From assembly GCA_037130135.1 (NCBI GenBank), contig JBAXTO010000001.1, positions 675,061 to 739,060 on the forward strand: a stretch of DNA of 64,000 bases, written 5' to 3'. The notes under the pieces were generated by a model, which did not search any database, was not told the origin of the DNA, and saw only the letters and a program-made list of their open reading frames with translations. Of this stretch, positions 9,653 to 19,101 are shown piece after piece (position 1 is the stretch's first letter; every line of letters begins with the position of its first letter). The position numbers and the translations under genes are program-made. Source of the stretch: Bacteroidota bacterium. Its GTDB lineage: Bacteria > Bacteroidota > Bacteroidia > Chitinophagales > CAMDFR01.

Positions 9653-10921
9653 ATGGCTGCTAAAAAAAACTATCTTACTTCATTTACATCTTTTTGGAAA
9701 AAAATTGGTCCTGGTTTAGTAACAGGTGCTAGCGATGATGACCCATCTGGTATAGCCACTTATTCACAAGCAGGTGCAGCATTTGGATTAGCCACTTTAT
9801 GGACCGCAATCATCGCTTTTCCATTGATGGCAGCCATTCAACAGATGTGTGCTCGTATTGGTTTAATTACCTCTCAAGGATTAACAGGCACCATCAAAAA
9901 AAATTATCCTCGACCCGTTTTATATATCATGCTAATTTTTAGTACTCCAGCTATTATCATGAATATTGGTGCTGATATTGCAGGAATGGGAGCGGTTGGG
10001 AATCTATTATTCCCGAGCATTGACGCTAATTTCTTCAGTGTATTTTTTACTTTATTATTATTGGGTTTAATCATCTATCTACCCTATCAAAAAATTGCCT
10101 CTGTATTGAAATATATCTGCATAGTGATGCTCGTATATTTTGTTGTTCCCTTTTTATACAAGCAAGATTTGCCTGCAATTTTAAAAGCAACCTTTATTCC
10201 AACGATTCACTTTGACAAAGAATTTATCGCCATTATCGTAGGTATTTTAGGCACTACTATTTCTCCTTATTTATTCTTTTGGCAGGCCTCAGTAGAAGTT
10301 GAGGAAATGAAACACAAGAAAAAACACCTGGTAGTCAATAAAAAAATTATTCATGAAGTACAAAATGATGTAGATTTTGGAATGACTATTTCTGGTTTTG
10401 TCATGTATTTTATTATACTTACGACAGGCACCGTTTTATATAATTCTGGGGTACATCAAATCGACACCGTAGAACAAGCAGCTATCGCCTTAAAACCATT
10501 GGCTGGTAATTTAGCCTATTTATTATTCGCCATCGGGGTGATTGGCACCGGTTTAATAGCGATTCCTGTGTTGAGTGGCTCCCTCTCTTATATCTATACC
10601 GAAACCTTTGGTTGGGAACAAGGACTGGATAAAAAATTTCATGAAGCGAAAGGTTTTTATTTGATTATTGCGATTTCCTTGCTATTAGGTTTAGGGATGA
10701 ATTATATTGGCATCTCTCCTATTAAAGCCTTAATTTATACGGCTGTATTATACGGACTTACAGCACCTGTTTTAATCGCTATCATCCTCCATATTTCTAA
10801 TAATAAAAAAATAATGGGCGAATTTACCAATGGTAAAATCACGAATATTTTTGGGGCATTAGCTTTTATAATTATGACAGTGGCTGCGCTTGCCTTAATG
10901 TACTTGCAATTCTTTGGTTAA
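9653..10921 (+). CDS. NRAMP-family divalent metal cation transporter
   Basis: 422 aa, about 11 TM segments, with N-terminal GPGLVTGASDDDPSGIATYSQAGA typical of Nramp-related transporters. Confidence 0.8.
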   Translation: MAAKKNYLTSFTSFWKKIGPGLVTGASDDDPSGIATYSQAGAAFGLATLWTAIIAFPLMAAIQQMCARIGLITSQGLTGTIKKNYPRPVLYIMLIFSTPAIIMNIGADIAGMGAVGNLLFPSIDANFFSVFFTLLLLGLIIYLPYQKIASVLKYICIVMLVYFVVPFLYKQDLPAILKATFIPTIHFDKEFIAIIVGILGTTISPYLFFWQASVEVEEMKHKKKHLVVNKKIIHEVQNDVDFGMTISGFVMYFIILTTGTVLYNSGVHQIDTVEQAAIALKPLAGNLAYLLFAIGVIGTGLIAIPVLSGSLSYIYTETFGWEQGLDKKFHEAKGFYLIIAISLLLGLGMNYIGISPIKALIYTAVLYGLTAPVLIAIILHISNNKKIMGEFTNGKITNIFGALAFIIMTVAALALMYLQFFG

Positions 10922-11013
10922 TATCATTTCTTAAAAATAAATAAACGCAATTATTTGCATGTTGTAAAAATTAACTGCATCTTTGCAGAGTGAATACTCA
11001 CTAACCTCTCCAA

Positions 11014-11607
11014 ATGAAAACAGCGATATCCAACAGACAAGCTGAAATTATTGCTACATCAGGTAGAATCTTGATGGAAAAAGGGATTAAAGGTTTAACA
11101 ACCAAATGCCTGGCCGACGAAATGAATTTTTCTGAGAGTGCTATTTATCGCCATTTTAAGAATAAAGACGATATCATTATTTTACTTTTACAAGATTTAG
11201 CTAGCTCTACTGAATCACGATTAAATAAAATCATCAGTCAGAAAAAATCTGCTGCAGAAAATATTCAAGCCATCTTTAAAAGTCAATTTTCATTCTTTAA
11301 AAAGAATCCTCACTACGTCATCGCTATCCTATCAGAATCGCTCATGGATGGTTCTGAAGAAATCAAAAATGAGTTGTTCAACATCATGCAATACATACTA
11401 AAAATATTGTCACATGAAATAGAAAGGGGTAAAAAGGAAGGCCTGTTTATAAAAGAAATTCAAACCACCGAATTGGTGCATATCATCATAGGTAGTTTTA
11501 GATTGTGTATGTTTAAATGGAAGTTATCCGACTTTAAAATCGATATCGAAAAAGAAGGAGATAAAATCATCAATAGTATACTGCTGTTACTCAAAAATAA
11601 AAAGTAA
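11014..11607 (+). CDS. TetR/AcrR-family transcriptional regulator
   Basis: 197 aa with an N-terminal HTH (GLTTKCLADEMNFSESAIYRHFKNKDDI). It is the first gene of the efflux operon. Confidence 0.85.
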   Translation: MKTAISNRQAEIIATSGRILMEKGIKGLTTKCLADEMNFSESAIYRHFKNKDDIIILLLQDLASSTESRLNKIISQKKSAAENIQAIFKSQFSFFKKNPHYVIAILSESLMDGSEEIKNELFNIMQYILKILSHEIERGKKEGLFIKEIQTTELVHIIIGSFRLCMFKWKLSDFKIDIEKEGDKIINSILLLLKNKK

Positions 11608-11609
11608 TT

Positions 11610-12959
11610 ATGAACGTAAAATTCTATATAGGAATACAAACAAAATATAAGCTTATTTATTATATGAGCTTATTTGTCCTATTATTTGTATGCCTTCAAA
11701 TACAAGCACAAGAGAAAAAAATATTTTTTAATTTACAAGAAGTACTAAGTTATGTAAAAACAAAAAATAGTAGTTTTCAAAATGCAACGATTCAAACCAA
11801 ACTTGCCGAACTTACCTATAAATCGAGCATTGGAAATGTCATTAATCCACGAATACCTACCAGTGCACAACTCTTAGATAATACCAAACAACAAGTTAGT
11901 TATCTTCCAGCAGAGGCTTTCGGTGGACCCGCAGGGACTTTTAAAGAAGCGAAAATTGGATTGCAGTATGTTTCGACCTTTAGTTTACAACCCCAATTTG
12001 ATATTTTAAATTTGGCCAATATTGCTCAAATTAAAAGTGCTAAAATCAATTTAGAACTAAACGACAATCAGAATAAAATCAATGAAAAAAAGGTCTATGA
12101 TCAATTGAATGCGATCTATTTTAATATCTTAAGTTATGAAGCACAAAAAGAAATTATCAATGATCATATTGAAATTGCACAGAAAATTTTACAAGTCACA
12201 CAAAATAAATTCACCGAAGGAGTTGCTCGTAAACAAGAAGTAAATGAAGCTGAAGTAAATCTTATTTCGCTTCAAGATAAATTTCAACAACTCGATTTAA
12301 ACTTACAAATGCAATATCAAAGTTTTGCTCTATTCTTTGAAAACACGGTGGATGCTGATATTCGCCAAAGTGTATGGGATTTCGAAAAAACGAATGAACC
12401 CCTGCAAACCAATACTAAATTACTCGCTCAGAATAATCTACTACAATTAAAAATGGCTCAACAAGATTTACGTGTTGCACGTTATCAAAATGTACCCGTC
12501 ATTTCTTTTACCTCATCATTTAATTGGCAAAATCTGAGTAATAACGGACTTTTTCATAAAGACTCTCGATGGACCGACTATAATTTTGTAGGGGTAAAAC
12601 TAAATTGGGATTTACCAACCAACATTCAAAAATTAACAACAAGCAAAAACAAAGCATATCAAATAGATATTCTAAAAAACAATGTGTTGCATAGCGATTT
12701 AGAAAATCAAACAGCCAATATTCAAATGGGTATTGAATATCAAAAAGCCTTGAATCAATTGAGCAATATGAAAAAAATATATGAGCTTAAAAAAGATAGC
12801 TATGAAAAAAACTACAATCAATTTGTCGAAAATATTTTAGCCTTAGATAAATTATTAATCTCACAAAACGACCTATTAGCCAGTAGAATCAATGTCATTA
12901 CCAGTTTAGCAAACATCGGATTTAATAAAAATAAAATTGTAATAAATAATGAATTTTAA
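11610..12959 (+). CDS. TolC-family outer-membrane efflux protein
   Basis: 449 aa with a signal peptide (probable start at Met19, coordinate 11664) and two coiled-coil/beta-barrel repeats. Its operon position is between TetR and HlyD. Confidence 0.8.
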   Translation: MNVKFYIGIQTKYKLIYYMSLFVLLFVCLQIQAQEKKIFFNLQEVLSYVKTKNSSFQNATIQTKLAELTYKSSIGNVINPRIPTSAQLLDNTKQQVSYLPAEAFGGPAGTFKEAKIGLQYVSTFSLQPQFDILNLANIAQIKSAKINLELNDNQNKINEKKVYDQLNAIYFNILSYEAQKEIINDHIEIAQKILQVTQNKFTEGVARKQEVNEAEVNLISLQDKFQQLDLNLQMQYQSFALFFENTVDADIRQSVWDFEKTNEPLQTNTKLLAQNNLLQLKMAQQDLRVARYQNVPVISFTSSFNWQNLSNNGLFHKDSRWTDYNFVGVKLNWDLPTNIQKLTTSKNKAYQIDILKNNVLHSDLENQTANIQMGIEYQKALNQLSNMKKIYELKKDSYEKNYNQFVENILALDKLLISQNDLLASRINVITSLANIGFNKNKIVINNEF

Positions 12960-14070
12960 TCCACTAAAAAATAAAAACATGCGTTTCCCTTACCTATTTG
13001 TAAGTATGCTAACGTTCGTTCTTTTTTCTTGCAATCAAGAAAAAGGAACAACACCTGTAATAAAAGATATCAAAGAATTGGTTTTTGCTTCAGGTGAACT
13101 GAAATGGAAAGATTCGTATAATATCATTGCCCAAACGGATGGCATACTGAGCGACATGAAATTTGAAGTGGGCACCAACTTACAAGCGGGTGCTGTACTA
13201 GCCAAAATAGATAATCCTACCAATATCAATAATACACAAAGCGCAGCAGCTCTTTTAGCTATTGCAAATGAAAATGTAAGCACCAATGCACCTGCCATAC
13301 AGCAAGTAGAAGCCAATATTCAGTTTTTAGAAAATAAATACCAACAAGATAAATTACAAGCCGAACGATATACCCGATTATTTCAAACGCAAAGTATATC
13401 CAAAGTAGAATATGAAAATAGTCAGTTAACGCTTTCGAATACCTTATCGCAATTGAATGCTGCTAAAAATCAAAAGCAACAATTACTACAACAAGCCAAA
13501 CAGCAACAAATCAGCAGTAAAACACAAGTATTAAACAGCAAAGTGAATCAAGCATATAATCAAGTAATAGCGCCACAAGCCGGAACAGTTATTAAGAAAT
13601 TGAAGAATACCGGCGACTTTGTTAGAAAAGGCGATATCATCGCGGTAATCGCAGATGCGAAACGAATAGAAGCTGAATTAAATGTGGATGAAAATAGTAT
13701 TGATAAAGTAAAACTAGGACAACGCGTTTTTGTAAAATTAAACACCAATAAAGACAAGGTCTATAATGCTACGATCAGTGAAATAGAATCCGCTTTTGAT
13801 GAATCTACACAATCTTTTATTTGTAAAGTTCGCTTTGATGAAACCCTAAATAATAGTTTATATGGGACGCAATTGGAAGCGAATATTTTGGTAGGCGAAA
13901 AAAAGAATGCTCTTTTAATCCCTCGACTCAATGTAGGTTTTGGAAATAAAGTAAATGTGAAAGGAAAGAACGAATATGTGATTATAAAACCAGGTATTGT
14001 ATCCAGTGAATATGTTGAAGTACTTGCTGGTATTGGTAAAGAAGATATCATTCTACCATTAAAAAAATAA
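12949..14070 (+). CDS. HlyD/MacA-family periplasmic adaptor (lipoprotein)
   Basis: 373 aa with lipobox FVLFSC, a Q-rich coiled-coil hairpin and a barrel-sandwich motif (APQAGTVIK...GDFVRKGD). Confidence 0.8.
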   Translation: MNFNPLKNKNMRFPYLFVSMLTFVLFSCNQEKGTTPVIKDIKELVFASGELKWKDSYNIIAQTDGILSDMKFEVGTNLQAGAVLAKIDNPTNINNTQSAAALLAIANENVSTNAPAIQQVEANIQFLENKYQQDKLQAERYTRLFQTQSISKVEYENSQLTLSNTLSQLNAAKNQKQQLLQQAKQQQISSKTQVLNSKVNQAYNQVIAPQAGTVIKKLKNTGDFVRKGDIIAVIADAKRIEAELNVDENSIDKVKLGQRVFVKLNTNKDKVYNATISEIESAFDESTQSFICKVRFDETLNNSLYGTQLEANILVGEKKNALLIPRLNVGFGNKVNVKGKNEYVIIKPGIVSSEYVEVLAGIGKEDIILPLKK

Positions 14071-14074
14071 TACG

Positions 14075-15298
14075 ATGAATATTAATGCAGATATTGCTAA
14101 AACCTATATCGTCTCTAATAAAAGACTAACCGCTGTGGCTGCATTAGGCGTTTTATTAGGGATGTCGGTCTATATTTTTATGAACTCGATGATGGTGGGA
14201 TTTGATAGAAGTGCAAATGAATCTATATTCCGCTCTACACCACATATACGAGTATATAAAGAAGATATTATTAGTCAAGTATTAGTGCAAAAACACCCCG
14301 AAAATTATGTGATTATCAATCCTAAAATTGTCCCTAAAAACAACCGAATCATCAATCCTAATTTAGTTTGCGAAACCATCAGCAAAGAAAAAGATGTTAC
14401 GGTAGTAACCCCACAAGTCAATACCAGTGTATTTTACAATAATGGCAAATCGCAAATTACTGGGCTAGCTATTGGCATTTTACCCAATGAAGCCAATCAA
14501 ATGTATAATATCTCTTCCTTTATGGTGGAAGGCTCATTTGATCAATTAAAATCAAATATGAATGGGATTATCATTGGTAGTGGAATCGCTAATAAAATGA
14601 ATGTGACTATCGGAGATAATATCAATTTAACCTCTTCCAAAGGAGTAAATAGAACCTTCAAAATTATTGGGATATTCAAATCGAATAATTCAAAAGTAGA
14701 TAAAGTCAATTCGTATATCAATCTGTCTACTTCGCAACAATTATTAAAAGAAGGGAATAATTATATTACCGATATCAATGTCAATATCAAAGACCCTGAA
14801 CAAGCCGAAGAGATTGCGAAGAAACTTGCAGCCATGACGGGTTATAATGCCGAGGGCTGGAAGCAAACCAATGAAACATTAATGGCGGCTTTTCGCATGC
14901 GTAGAATCGTAATTAATTTTGTATCATTAACTATATTATTAGTTGCCGGATTTGGTATTTATAATATATTAAACATGACAGTAACCCAAAAAATCAATGA
15001 TATAGCTATTTTAAAAGCTATTGGATTTAAAGGAAAAGATGTAATTCGCATTTTTGTAACACAAGCAGTGAGTATAGGATTTATGGGAGTGATTGGTGGT
15101 GTGATCTTGGCTACATTAATTATAAAAATGCTCCAACATGTCTATATTGGTGGCGATATTGGCTATTTCCCTATTCGTTATGAATTAATTAAATATTTAC
15201 AAGGAGTAGGAATAGGCATGTTTATTACTTTTTGGGCAGGATATATCCCTGCACGTAAAGCAGCTAGTGTTGACCCTGTAAGTATATTTAGAAAATAA
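14075..15298 (+). CDS. FtsX/MacB-like ABC transporter permease
   Basis: 407 aa with an N-terminal TM, a large periplasmic domain and a C-terminal FtsX 3-TM bundle ending ...AASVDPVSIFR. Confidence 0.85.
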   Translation: MNINADIAKTYIVSNKRLTAVAALGVLLGMSVYIFMNSMMVGFDRSANESIFRSTPHIRVYKEDIISQVLVQKHPENYVIINPKIVPKNNRIINPNLVCETISKEKDVTVVTPQVNTSVFYNNGKSQITGLAIGILPNEANQMYNISSFMVEGSFDQLKSNMNGIIIGSGIANKMNVTIGDNINLTSSKGVNRTFKIIGIFKSNNSKVDKVNSYINLSTSQQLLKEGNNYITDINVNIKDPEQAEEIAKKLAAMTGYNAEGWKQTNETLMAAFRMRRIVINFVSLTILLVAGFGIYNILNMTVTQKINDIAILKAIGFKGKDVIRIFVTQAVSIGFMGVIGGVILATLIIKMLQHVYIGGDIGYFPIRYELIKYLQGVGIGMFITFWAGYIPARKAASVDPVSIFRK

Positions 15299-15302
15299 GC
15301 GT

Positions 15303-15983
15303 ATGAAAAATATCATTTTAAAAACCGAAGGAGTAAACAAATTTTTCTACGACCCTATCGAATTTCAGGTATTGAAAAATATTTCTTTTGAGGTACAGAG
15401 AGGCGAATTCCTTACCATGATTGGCAAATCAGGCAGCGGCAAATCCACCCTTTTATATATTCTATCTACGATGGATACTGACTATAAAGGAAAACTATAT
15501 ATCGACAATCAACTCACTACAGGATTATCTATTGATAAATTAGCTGAATTAAGAAATGAAAAAATCGGTTTTGTTTTTCAATTTCATTATTTATTAAATG
15601 AATTCACTTGTCTGAAAAATGTGATGATACCTGCCTTAAAATTAGGAAAAATGGATCCTAAAGAAATTGAAGAGCGCGCCTATGAGAAATTAAAAATATT
15701 AGGATTGGCCGATCAAGCATTAAAGCCTTCTAATAAATTATCGGGTGGACAGCAGCAGCGAGTGGCTATTGCACGTGCTTTAATCAATGATCCTTTATTG
15801 ATTATGGGCGATGAACCATCGGGGAATTTAGATAGTAAGAACACGAATATTGTCTTTGATATATTACAAGATTTATCAAAGAACTATGGACAAACTATCA
15901 TAGCTGTTACACATGATGAAGACTTCGCTAAAAAAAGCGATCGTACTATTGAAATGCATGATGGGGAGATTAAGAGTGCTTAA
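15303..15983 (+). CDS. ABC transporter ATP-binding protein (MacB/LolD-like)
   Basis: 226 aa with Walker A GKSGSGKST, LSGGQQQRVAIARAL and Walker B LIMGDEPSGNLD. Confidence 0.9.
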   Translation: MKNIILKTEGVNKFFYDPIEFQVLKNISFEVQRGEFLTMIGKSGSGKSTLLYILSTMDTDYKGKLYIDNQLTTGLSIDKLAELRNEKIGFVFQFHYLLNEFTCLKNVMIPALKLGKMDPKEIEERAYEKLKILGLADQALKPSNKLSGGQQQRVAIARALINDPLLIMGDEPSGNLDSKNTNIVFDILQDLSKNYGQTIIAVTHDEDFAKKSDRTIEMHDGEIKSA

Positions 15984-16001
15984 TTATTAATTTTTAATTT
16001 T

Positions 16002-16077
16002 TAATTCGTAATTTGAAATTCGAAAATTCGTAATTCGTAATTTGAATCCCGAAGCTTCGGGACGTAATTCGTAATTG
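16002..16077. repeat. heptamer (TAATTCG/TAATTTG/AAATTCG) repeat tract flanking a 16-bp GC-rich palindrome
   Basis: About 8 heptamer units. The perfect palindrome tcccgaagcttcggga lies at 16047..16062, between the ABC ATPase stop and the MarR promoter. Confidence 0.8.
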
Positions 16078-16085
16078 AAATTAAA

Positions 16086-16115
16086 TTGTACCTACAATTA
16101 TTTTTCCTATATTTG
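16086..16115 (+). promoter_or_regulatory. candidate Bacteroidota promoter (-33 TTG, 19-nt spacer, -7 TATATTTG) for the MarR gene
   Basis: TTG at 16086..16088 and TATATTTG at 16108..16115, with an exact 19-nt spacer. The motif ends 7 nt before the ATG at 16123. Confidence 0.45.
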
Positions 16116-16122
16116 TATTCTC

Positions 16123-16575
16123 ATGAAACTAGAAGAAGCATTAAAACAAAAGAAACCTTTCGAAAGCGAAATACAAAAACTACTCATCAATATTAATTTT
16201 ACGAGTAGTTGGTTTAATGCATTATTTCTGCAAACCTTAAAACCTTTTGATATTACGCCCGCTCAATTCAACGTATTGCGCATACTCAAAGGTGCCTATC
16301 CCGAATCCTATTGCAATCAGCAAATCACCGAACGAATGGTTGATAGATCGTCTAACTCCACTAGAATTGTAGATAAATTACTTAAAAAGAAATTAATTGT
16401 TCGTAAAGAGCATAAAGCAGATAGACGTTTAGTGGATATCAAAATTACGCCCCTTGGACTTGATTTATTGCAGCAAATCGAAGTCTCTGCACCTATGAAA
16501 AAGATGAAAGTAGCCCAATTTAATGCCGAAAAAGCGAAGCTTATGAACGAATGGCTCGATGAAATGAGAATGTAG
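16123..16575 (+). CDS. MarR-family transcriptional regulator
   Basis: The ORF-track start at 16075 (TTG) lies inside the repeat tract, so ATG 16123 (MKLEEALKQKKPF...) is preferred. A winged-helix core is present (ITPAQFNVLRIL...DRRLVDIKITPLG). Confidence 0.8.
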   Translation: MKLEEALKQKKPFESEIQKLLININFTSSWFNALFLQTLKPFDITPAQFNVLRILKGAYPESYCNQQITERMVDRSSNSTRIVDKLLKKKLIVRKEHKADRRLVDIKITPLGLDLLQQIEVSAPMKKMKVAQFNAEKAKLMNEWLDEMRM

Positions 16576-16655
16576 GGAACTATTTTTTTATCCTATTAGT
16601 TGTATGTACAATTAATGTATATATATTTATTTTTAACATCTAAAAAACTAAAACA

Positions 16656-17066
16656 ATGAATCAGAAAATTACTTTCAAACAAACCCTTACTACAGGCTTA
16701 TTTATCGCTGGAACCTCTATCCTATTAAACGTGATTGTCTTTTATGTATTTAAAGCAGCAGGTATTTTAACGGACACCATTTTTATTCAACCGAATCAAC
16801 CATTAGCAGTTACACAGGTAATCATATCGAGTTCTATTCCCTCACTCATGGCTCCTATCGTATTCTTTTTATTTGATAAATTTTCAACTTCTGGATTTAG
16901 AAATTTCAGTATTCTCTCAATTGCTTTTGTATTATTCTCTTTTATCAGTCCGTTTAAAGCTATTCCCAATGTTACTGTAGGATATGCCATGGTATTAAAT
17001 TTAATGCATCTAGTTGTATTTGGAGCATCAATATTCTATATATATAAAGCAAATAACAACAAATAA
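16656..17066 (+). CDS. small 4-TM membrane protein (DUF6069-like)
   Basis: 136 aa with four hydrophobic segments. It sits next to MarR, as is typical of this family. Confidence 0.5.
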   Translation: MNQKITFKQTLTTGLFIAGTSILLNVIVFYVFKAAGILTDTIFIQPNQPLAVTQVIISSSIPSLMAPIVFFLFDKFSTSGFRNFSILSIAFVLFSFISPFKAIPNVTVGYAMVLNLMHLVVFGASIFYIYKANNNK

Positions 17067-17123
17067 TGAGTGAAGGATAAACAAATTGCGTTAGAATATT
17101 CTAAAATATCTATCTCTTAAGGT

Positions 17124-17605
17124 ATGCATAGCATCATTACAGATGAAGCTATAGCGTTCAGTGAAACTAAACAAGGTTTCAATCCGAATGTAGTGATGGC
17201 AGCTTCTTTAGTCTCATTTACTTCGTTTACATTGCGCATATGTTCAGATAGAAAAGCCATTGAAATAAGCCATATGCAAGTGGAAGTTCAACTACGGCAT
17301 TTGAGGCGATACAAGCGATTAAAAAGGTATATAAATTAGTCAAAAAATTTAATAGTATTGACTTTGAAAACATGTTAGACCCCATATATAGTAATGGAGG
17401 AATTGATATGTTTTATGTCGGAAACAATGAAGAAGCCAATCAAGTAGCTATTCAACTAGCTAAAGATATAGGTTTTGCTAATTGTTATAATTTTGGTGGA
17501 GCTGATAAAGTGGCCTTATTAGAACAGTTTGCATTAAGTTGGATAAACCTTGCTATTATGCAAGGACATGGCAGAAATATCGCTTTTAAAATCATCAAAC
17601 GATAA
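17124..17605 (+). pseudogene. decayed NADP-dependent oxidoreductase (COG2085 / F420-dependent NADP reductase-like) remnant
   Basis: Two ORF fragments in different frames (17124..17339 and 17264..17605) together resemble the middle and C-terminus of the family (..VVMAAS..SDRKAIEIS / NKPY..VKKFNSI..MFYVGNNEEANQVAIQLAKDIGF..LEQFALSWINLA). The Rossmann GxGxxG N-terminus is absent. Confidence 0.5.
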
Positions 17606-17673
17606 CTTCCATTTTAAAATATTTCGAATAATTCATATTTTTAATTCTATTTTTATAGATATTAAATTCATAT

Positions 17674-19101
17674 ATGAAAAGTACGTTTACATTCATTTTA
17701 GTCCTATTTCTTTTTGCTGTATGCAAAAGTTCATTAGTAGCACAGGTCAAAACCAAGCAAATCACCCTGATTACTTCTGTTGGAGATACGGGTATTTACA
17801 ATGGCGATGTAGTGGATAAAAAAGCCAATGGTAATGGTCTACTTATCTTAAATAATCGATGCAAATATATAGGCTCCTTTGTGAATGGTCTGCGTGAAGG
17901 AAAAGGAAATTTCACTTGGCCTGATGGCACGATGTATAGTGGTGATTGGAAAGCAGATAAACAAACAGGCAAAGCGATTCTCACGATTTACGATGGAAGT
18001 AAATATGAAGGAGATTATGTAGATGGAAATATACAAGGGAATGGTATTTTTACTTGGGTGGATGGCAGTACCTATAGCGGCCAATGGTATAAGGGCATAC
18101 AAGAAGGTAAAGGCACGTATATAGCGGCCAATGGCGATACTTATGAAGGTGAATGGAAAGAAGGCAAATACAATGGTTTTGGAACGATACATACCAAAAA
18201 TGGCGATTCTTATGAAGGGCAATGGGTAGATGGCAAACAAAATGGTCAAGGAACATTAACTTTAGCAAAAGGTGCTTCTTATGTAGGTAGCTGGAAAAAC
18301 GGAAAACATCAAGGCTATGGCACATTTCTATTTCAGAATGGCGATAAGTATATAGGCAATTGGATGGATGGCATCTTAAATGGGGAAGGCACTTATTTTT
18401 TTAATAATGGAGATGTTTACACAGGAACATGGAAAAATGCGAAGCAAGATGGATTTGGTACATATACGAAATCGGATGGTTCGAAATATACAGGAATTTG
18501 GAAAGAAGGTAAAGAATCTTTACATAATATATATATCGATTTACGCGATTCATTTGCATACAAAATAATTGATATTGGTAATCAAACTTGGTTAGCTCAA
18601 AACGTAGCCTATAAAACTAATTCAGGTAGTAGTGCCTACCAAAATAACATGCTCAATACTACAAAGTATGGTTTTTTATATACTTTCGAGACTGCTTTAC
18701 AAGTTTGTCCTGCTGGTTGGCATATACCTACTATGGCTGATTTTGACACCTTAAAAAACAGAATAGCAAGTACACCTAAAGAATCTATTGCTACTCGAAT
18801 GAAAGCGATTACGGGTTGGGAAAATAACACGAGTAATGTAAAGAATACAAGTTGTGCTGGACAAAATGTAATTGGATTTGATGCTTTACCTGGTGGCTCT
18901 ATGCAACTAAATAATAATAATGAAGCAAGCTTTATCAATGAAAAAATAGCGGGTGCTTGGTGGATCAATCAAGTATCCAATACTGGCTTAGCAAGTTCGT
19001 TTAGCATTGATTGTAAATCCTTACAGGTCGATTTAAATACCAATCCATTGAATCAATTATCCATTCGTTGTGTGAGAGAAAATATCAAAGCAAAAAATTA
19101 A
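17674..19101 (+). CDS. secreted MORN-repeat protein with a C-terminal Fibrobacter succinogenes major paralogous (FISH, TIGR02145-like) domain
   Basis: 475 aa with a signal peptide and about 10.5 23-aa MORN repeats (YxGxWxxGKxxGxGxxxxxxGxx). The C-terminus reads IGNQTWLAQN...CPAGWHIPT...GFDALPGG...AWW...SIRCVRE. Confidence 0.8.
   Translation: MKSTFTFILVLFLFAVCKSSLVAQVKTKQITLITSVGDTGIYNGDVVDKKANGNGLLILNNRCKYIGSFVNGLREGKGNFTWPDGTMYSGDWKADKQTGKAILTIYDGSKYEGDYVDGNIQGNGIFTWVDGSTYSGQWYKGIQEGKGTYIAANGDTYEGEWKEGKYNGFGTIHTKNGDSYEGQWVDGKQNGQGTLTLAKGASYVGSWKNGKHQGYGTFLFQNGDKYIGNWMDGILNGEGTYFFNNGDVYTGTWKNAKQDGFGTYTKSDGSKYTGIWKEGKESLHNIYIDLRDSFAYKIIDIGNQTWLAQNVAYKTNSGSSAYQNNMLNTTKYGFLYTFETALQVCPAGWHIPTMADFDTLKNRIASTPKESIATRMKAITGWENNTSNVKNTSCAGQNVIGFDALPGGSMQLNNNNEASFINEKIAGAWWINQVSNTGLASSFSIDCKSLQVDLNTNPLNQLSIRCVRENIKAKN

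Noticed and set aside
16047-16062. The GC palindrome considered as a standard rho-independent terminator for the efflux operon.
   Set aside because: No T-run follows the hairpin on either strand. It is kept as part of the repeat-element finding rather than called a terminator.
17796-18968. Several alternative-frame and antisense ORFs overlapping the MORN/FISH gene (17796..17984, 17848..18249, 18050..18325, 18380..18568, 18636..18968).
   Set aside because: They are by-products of the periodic MORN coding repeat. They have no signal or start context, and the sense frame has clear domain content.
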